In this document: piece by piece, positions 60,704-64,000 of the stretch
Layout: each line of letters opens with the position of its first letter
Position numbering within the stretch: position 1 is the first letter of the stretch
Origin: an uncultured delta proteobacterium
GTDB taxonomy: Bacteria; Myxococcota_A; Polyangia; Polyangiales; B10-G4
Direction: 5' to 3'
DNA: 64,000 nucleotides
NCBI GenBank assembly: GCA_963727445.1
Contig: CAVSGI010000005.1
Location: 96,001-160,000 of the forward strand
Notes under the pieces: generated by a model
What the model saw: the letters and a program-made list of their open reading frames with translations, nothing else
What the model was told of the DNA's origin: nothing
The model's database searches: none
Position numbers and translations under genes: made by a program

Positions 60704-61048
60704 ATGCCGCGCGCAAAGAGGGGCTTCAAGGCCCGCCGTCGTCGCAATCGCGTTCTGAAGCATGCCCGGGGCTACTACGGCGCCCGGAGCCGCACCTTCG
60801 CCAATGCCGTCGAGCAGGTCCACAACGCCTGGGAAGACGCCTACGCAGGGCGCCGCCGCAAGAAGCGCGAGTACCGCAGCCTGTGGATCACGCGGATCAA
60901 CGCCGCCGCCCGTAAGCACGGCCTCAGCTACTCGAAGCTGATGCACAAGATCAAGACCGCGAACATCGGGCTCGACCGCAAGGTTCTCGCCGACCTCGCG
61001 CTCAGCGATCCGGGCGGTTTCAAGGCAGTGGTCGACGCCGCTTCCTGA
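60704..61048 (+). CDS. rplT: 50S ribosomal protein L20
   Basis: MPRAKRG, GYYGARS, LWITRINAA, DRKVLADLA. Confidence 0.98.
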   Translation: MPRAKRGFKARRRRNRVLKHARGYYGARSRTFANAVEQVHNAWEDAYAGRRRKKREYRSLWITRINAAARKHGLSYSKLMHKIKTANIGLDRKVLADLALSDPGGFKAVVDAAS

Positions 61049-61050
61049 CG

Positions 61051-61128
61051 CATGCATGTCCGCTTCGGGCCGGAGGCCGGCTTACCTCCTCGGGGCGCTC
61101 GCCCTCCGACCCAAATCGAACACGCATG
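61051..61128. repeat. Long imperfect palindrome between rplT and pheS
   Basis: 26-nt arms (61051-61076 and 61103-61128), 21 of 26 complementary. Confidence 0.75.
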
Positions 61129-61151
61129 AAGCTGAGTGAGGGAGGCCGTCG

Positions 61152-62231
61152 ATGAGCGACACGGACGCGGTGACGCGCTTCGAGTCGGGCCTCGCCGAAG
61201 TGCGCGAGGCCTTCGGGCCGGCGTTCGCCGAAGCGAAGGACGAGCAGGCGCTGCGCGTCGCGAACGCGAAGCTCACGGGGCCCGAGGGCTCGCTCACCAA
61301 GCTGATGAAGCTGATGCGCGACCTGCCAGGGGACCGGCGGCGCGAGTACGGCCAGAAGGCGAACGCGCTCAAGCAGGAGGTCTCGGCGGCTTTCGATGCG
61401 GCGCTGGAGGCGCTGGCGCGGGCCGAGCGCGAGGCGGAGCTGACGGCGCCGCACCTCGACGTGACGCTGCCCGGGCGTCGCCCCCCGGCGGGGCGCCTGC
61501 ATCCGATCACCCGCGTCACCCACGAGCTCATCGACATCTTCACCGCCCTCGGCTTCGACGTGGCCGACGGCCCCGAGGTCGACCTCTACGAGTACAACTT
61601 CGACAAGCTCGGCTTCCCGCCGGACCACCCGGCGACCGACATGCAGGACTCGTTCTTCATCCGATCGGGTGGAGACGCACGAACGCTGCTTCGCACGCAC
61701 ACGTCGACCATCCAGGTGCGCGAGATGCTGAAGCGCAAGCCGCCGCTGGCGATAGTCGCGCCCGGCACCGTCTACCGCCGCGACGACGACGTCACCCACT
61801 CGCCCATGTTCTTCCAGATCGAGGGCCTGCTCGTGGACGAGAAGGTGAGCTTCGCCGATCTCAAGGGCGTGCTGTTGCGCTTCGCGCAGCGCCTCTTCGG
61901 CCCCGAGGTCTCGGTGCGCGGCCGGCCGAGCTACTTCCCCTTCGTCGAGCCGGGGGCGGAGATCGACATCAGCTGCGCCTTCTGCAAGCCGTGGGAGGGC
62001 GACGCCGCCCGCACCGCCGCGTGCCGCGTCTGCAAGGGCACGGGCTGGCTCGAGATCCTCGGCTGCGGGATGGTGCACCCGGTGGTCTTCGAGCACGTGG
62101 GCTACGACCCCGAGGAGGTCACCGGCTTCGCCTTCGGCATGGGCATCGACCGCATCGCCATGCTCAAGTACGGCATCCACGACATCCGCATGCTCTACGA
62201 GAACGACGTCCGCTTCCTGGAGCAATTGTGA
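61152..62231 (+). CDS. pheS: Phenylalanyl-tRNA synthetase alpha subunit
   Basis: GRLHP, HPATDMQDSF, LRTHTS, THSPMFFQIEG, YFPFVEP, GFAFGMG. Confidence 0.98.
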   Translation: MSDTDAVTRFESGLAEVREAFGPAFAEAKDEQALRVANAKLTGPEGSLTKLMKLMRDLPGDRRREYGQKANALKQEVSAAFDAALEALARAEREAELTAPHLDVTLPGRRPPAGRLHPITRVTHELIDIFTALGFDVADGPEVDLYEYNFDKLGFPPDHPATDMQDSFFIRSGGDARTLLRTHTSTIQVREMLKRKPPLAIVAPGTVYRRDDDVTHSPMFFQIEGLLVDEKVSFADLKGVLLRFAQRLFGPEVSVRGRPSYFPFVEPGAEIDISCAFCKPWEGDAARTAACRVCKGTGWLEILGCGMVHPVVFEHVGYDPEEVTGFAFGMGIDRIAMLKYGIHDIRMLYENDVRFLEQL

Positions 62232-62355
62232 TGTCGACCCGCCCACCCCTCCCCCCCTCCCCGAGGGGAGCACCCCTCGGACACCCCCCGACGCCTCGCT
62301 CGGCTCGGCGTCGCGCTCGCGGCGCTCGCGGTCCTCTCCTGGAGGTCGGGTGATG
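62228..62355 (+). repeat. MIRU-like intergenic element with a 40-aa ORF (62231..62353) coupled to both neighbours
   Basis: GTGATG at both ends; TGATG overlaps with the pheS stop and the pheT start; internal hairpins. Confidence 0.6.
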
Positions 62356-64000
62356 CGCGCGTCCTACGAGTGGCTCAAGGAGCTGACCGGGGTCGACGCG
62401 CCGGCGTCCGAGGTGGCGGCGAAGCTCACCGGCGGCGGGCTCGAGGTCGAAGCGATCGAGACCCGGGGCGAAGGCCTCGATTCGGTGGTCATCGCCGAGG
62501 TGCGATCGAAGGAGAAGGTCCCCGAAAAGGACAAGCTCACCAAGGTCACGGTTCATGACGGCACCGGCCTGGTCGAGGTCATCTGCGGCGCGCCCAACGT
62601 CCCCGAGCCCGGCGGTCGCGTCCTCTTCGCCCGCGTCGGCGCGAAGCTGCCGAATGGCATGGAGATTGGCGAGCGCAAGCTCGGCGGTGTGCTTTCACGC
62701 GGGATGATCTGCTCCGAAGAAGAGCTCGACATCGGTGCGGGTTCCGCCGGCATCTTCATCGTCGGCGACGACGTGAAAGCCGAGCTCGGCACCCCCATCG
62801 CCGACGCCCTGAACCTCCGCGACACCCTCTTCGAGCTCGGCCTCACGCCGAACCGCCCCGACGCCCTCGGTCACGTGGGCATCGCCCGCGACCTCGCGCT
62901 TCACTACCGCCTCCCCTTCACCTTCCCGAAGGCGAAGGCGCCCGAGCGCTTCGAAGACGGCGAGCTCGGCGTGGCCATCGAGATCGCCGATCCCGATCGC
63001 TGCCCGCGTTACGGCGCCGGCCTCGTGCGCGGCGTCACCATGGGTCCCTCGCCCTTCTGGCTGCGCTACCGGCTGCACCTGCTGGGCCTGCGCGCCATCC
63101 ACAACGTCGTCGACGCCACCAACTACGTGCTCATGGAGCACGGCCATCCGACCCACGCCTTCGATCTGTCGGGGGTGCGCGGCCAGAAGATCGTCGTTCG
63201 CCTCGCGAAGGACGGCGAGAAGATGGCGACCCTCGACGACGTCGAGCGCACCTTCACCGACGACGACCTGCTGATCTGCGACGGCGAAGGCCCGGTCGCC
63301 GTCGCCGGCGTGATGGGCGGCGCCAACTCCGAGATCGCCGACGACACCAGAGACGTGCTCGTCGAGTGCGCCTACTTCGAGCCGACCTCGGTGCGCCGCA
63401 CGGGCCGACGCCTCGGCCTTCACACAGACGCCAGCCACCGCTTCGAGCGCGGCGTCGATCCGAACGGCGTCCCCGCGGTCCTCGCGCGCACCTGCCAGCT
63501 CATCGCCGACCTCGCGGGCGGCACGGTCGTCGGGCGGGGCGTCGACGAAAACCCGAAGCCCATCACACCCAAGGTCGTCGCCTTCCGCCTCGACCGCTGT
63601 GACGCGCTCCTCGGCTTCGAGACGCCCGCGTCGGAGGCGACCCGCATCCTCGAAGGCCTCGGCTGCACCGTGGCGCCCGACGGCGAGCGCGCGTATCAGG
63701 TCACGGTCCCGACCCATCGCCCCGACATGAGCCGCGAGGTCGACCTCAGCGAAGAGGTCTTGCGCATCGAGGGCTTCGACAAGGTGCCGACGGCCATCCC
63801 GCACGTCCGGCCTTCCGCCGAGGGCACGCCGCGGGCGATCCGCTTCGTGCGCGCCGCGCGTGAGGCCGCGGCCGTCGCCGGCCTGAACGAGGCCGTCAGC
63901 TACAGCTTCGTCGCGCCGCACGAGCTCGAAAGGGCGCGCGTCGCCCCCGCGACTGTCGTCCTCGAAAACCCGCTCTCCGAAGAGCGCTCGGTGATGCGCA
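62353..64000 (+). CDS. pheT: Phenylalanyl-tRNA synthetase beta subunit (runs off window end)
   Basis: MRASYEWLKE, ICGAPN, GMICSEEEL, TPNRPD, AGVMGG, RFERGVD, ENPLSEE. Confidence 0.97.
   Translation, partial: MRASYEWLKELTGVDAPASEVAAKLTGGGLEVEAIETRGEGLDSVVIAEVRSKEKVPEKDKLTKVTVHDGTGLVEVICGAPNVPEPGGRVLFARVGAKLPNGMEIGERKLGGVLSRGMICSEEELDIGAGSAGIFIVGDDVKAELGTPIADALNLRDTLFELGLTPNRPDALGHVGIARDLALHYRLPFTFPKAKAPERFEDGELGVAIEIADPDRCPRYGAGLVRGVTMGPSPFWLRYRLHLLGLRAIHNVVDATNYVLMEHGHPTHAFDLSGVRGQKIVVRLAKDGEKMATLDDVERTFTDDDLLICDGEGPVAVAGVMGGANSEIADDTRDVLVECAYFEPTSVRRTGRRLGLHTDASHRFERGVDPNGVPAVLARTCQLIADLAGGTVVGRGVDENPKPITPKVVAFRLDRCDALLGFETPASEATRILEGLGCTVAPDGERAYQVTVPTHRPDMSREVDLSEEVLRIEGFDKVPTAIPHVRPSAEGTPRAIRFVRAAREAAAVAGLNEAVSYSFVAPHELERARVAPATVVLENPLSEERSVMR

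Noticed and set aside
61052..61129. pheM-like Phe attenuator peptide
   Set aside because: Only one Phe codon and no U-tailed terminator

Overview
GC-rich (about 70% by eye) bacterial chromosome segment. Gene content points to a myxobacterium, probably Polyangiales/Sandaracinaceae-like (inference from TIGR02266-type PilZ proteins, an AgmX/GltG-like TonB-C protein, Hanks kinases and Cys-rich lipoproteins). It holds three housekeeping blocks: rpoN-hpf-ptsN-hprK-rapZ-ptsH-ptsI, rplM-rpsI-argC, and tRNA-Val-thrS-infC-rpmI-rplT-pheS-pheT. These are interleaved with envelope, c-di-GMP and signalling genes. I saw no CRISPR array, integrase, transposase or prophage. About ten genes, including essential thrS, carry mostly single-base-insertion frameshifts that look like sequencing error. 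The most notable unannotated signals are: (i) a TAnnnT/C hexamer 6-9 nt before the start codon of about 20 genes, implying widespread leaderless mRNAs, including two divergent gene pairs that share one palindromic -10 box; (ii) palindromic elements at junctions of the thrS-pheT block, one a MIRU-like mini-ORF flanked by GTGATG repeats and coupled to both pheS and pheT; (iii) a TPR-dynamin fusion head-to-head with a diguanylate cyclase, plus two tandem PilZ pairs; (iv) an AUC start for infC. All family calls are by motif recognition, not database search.
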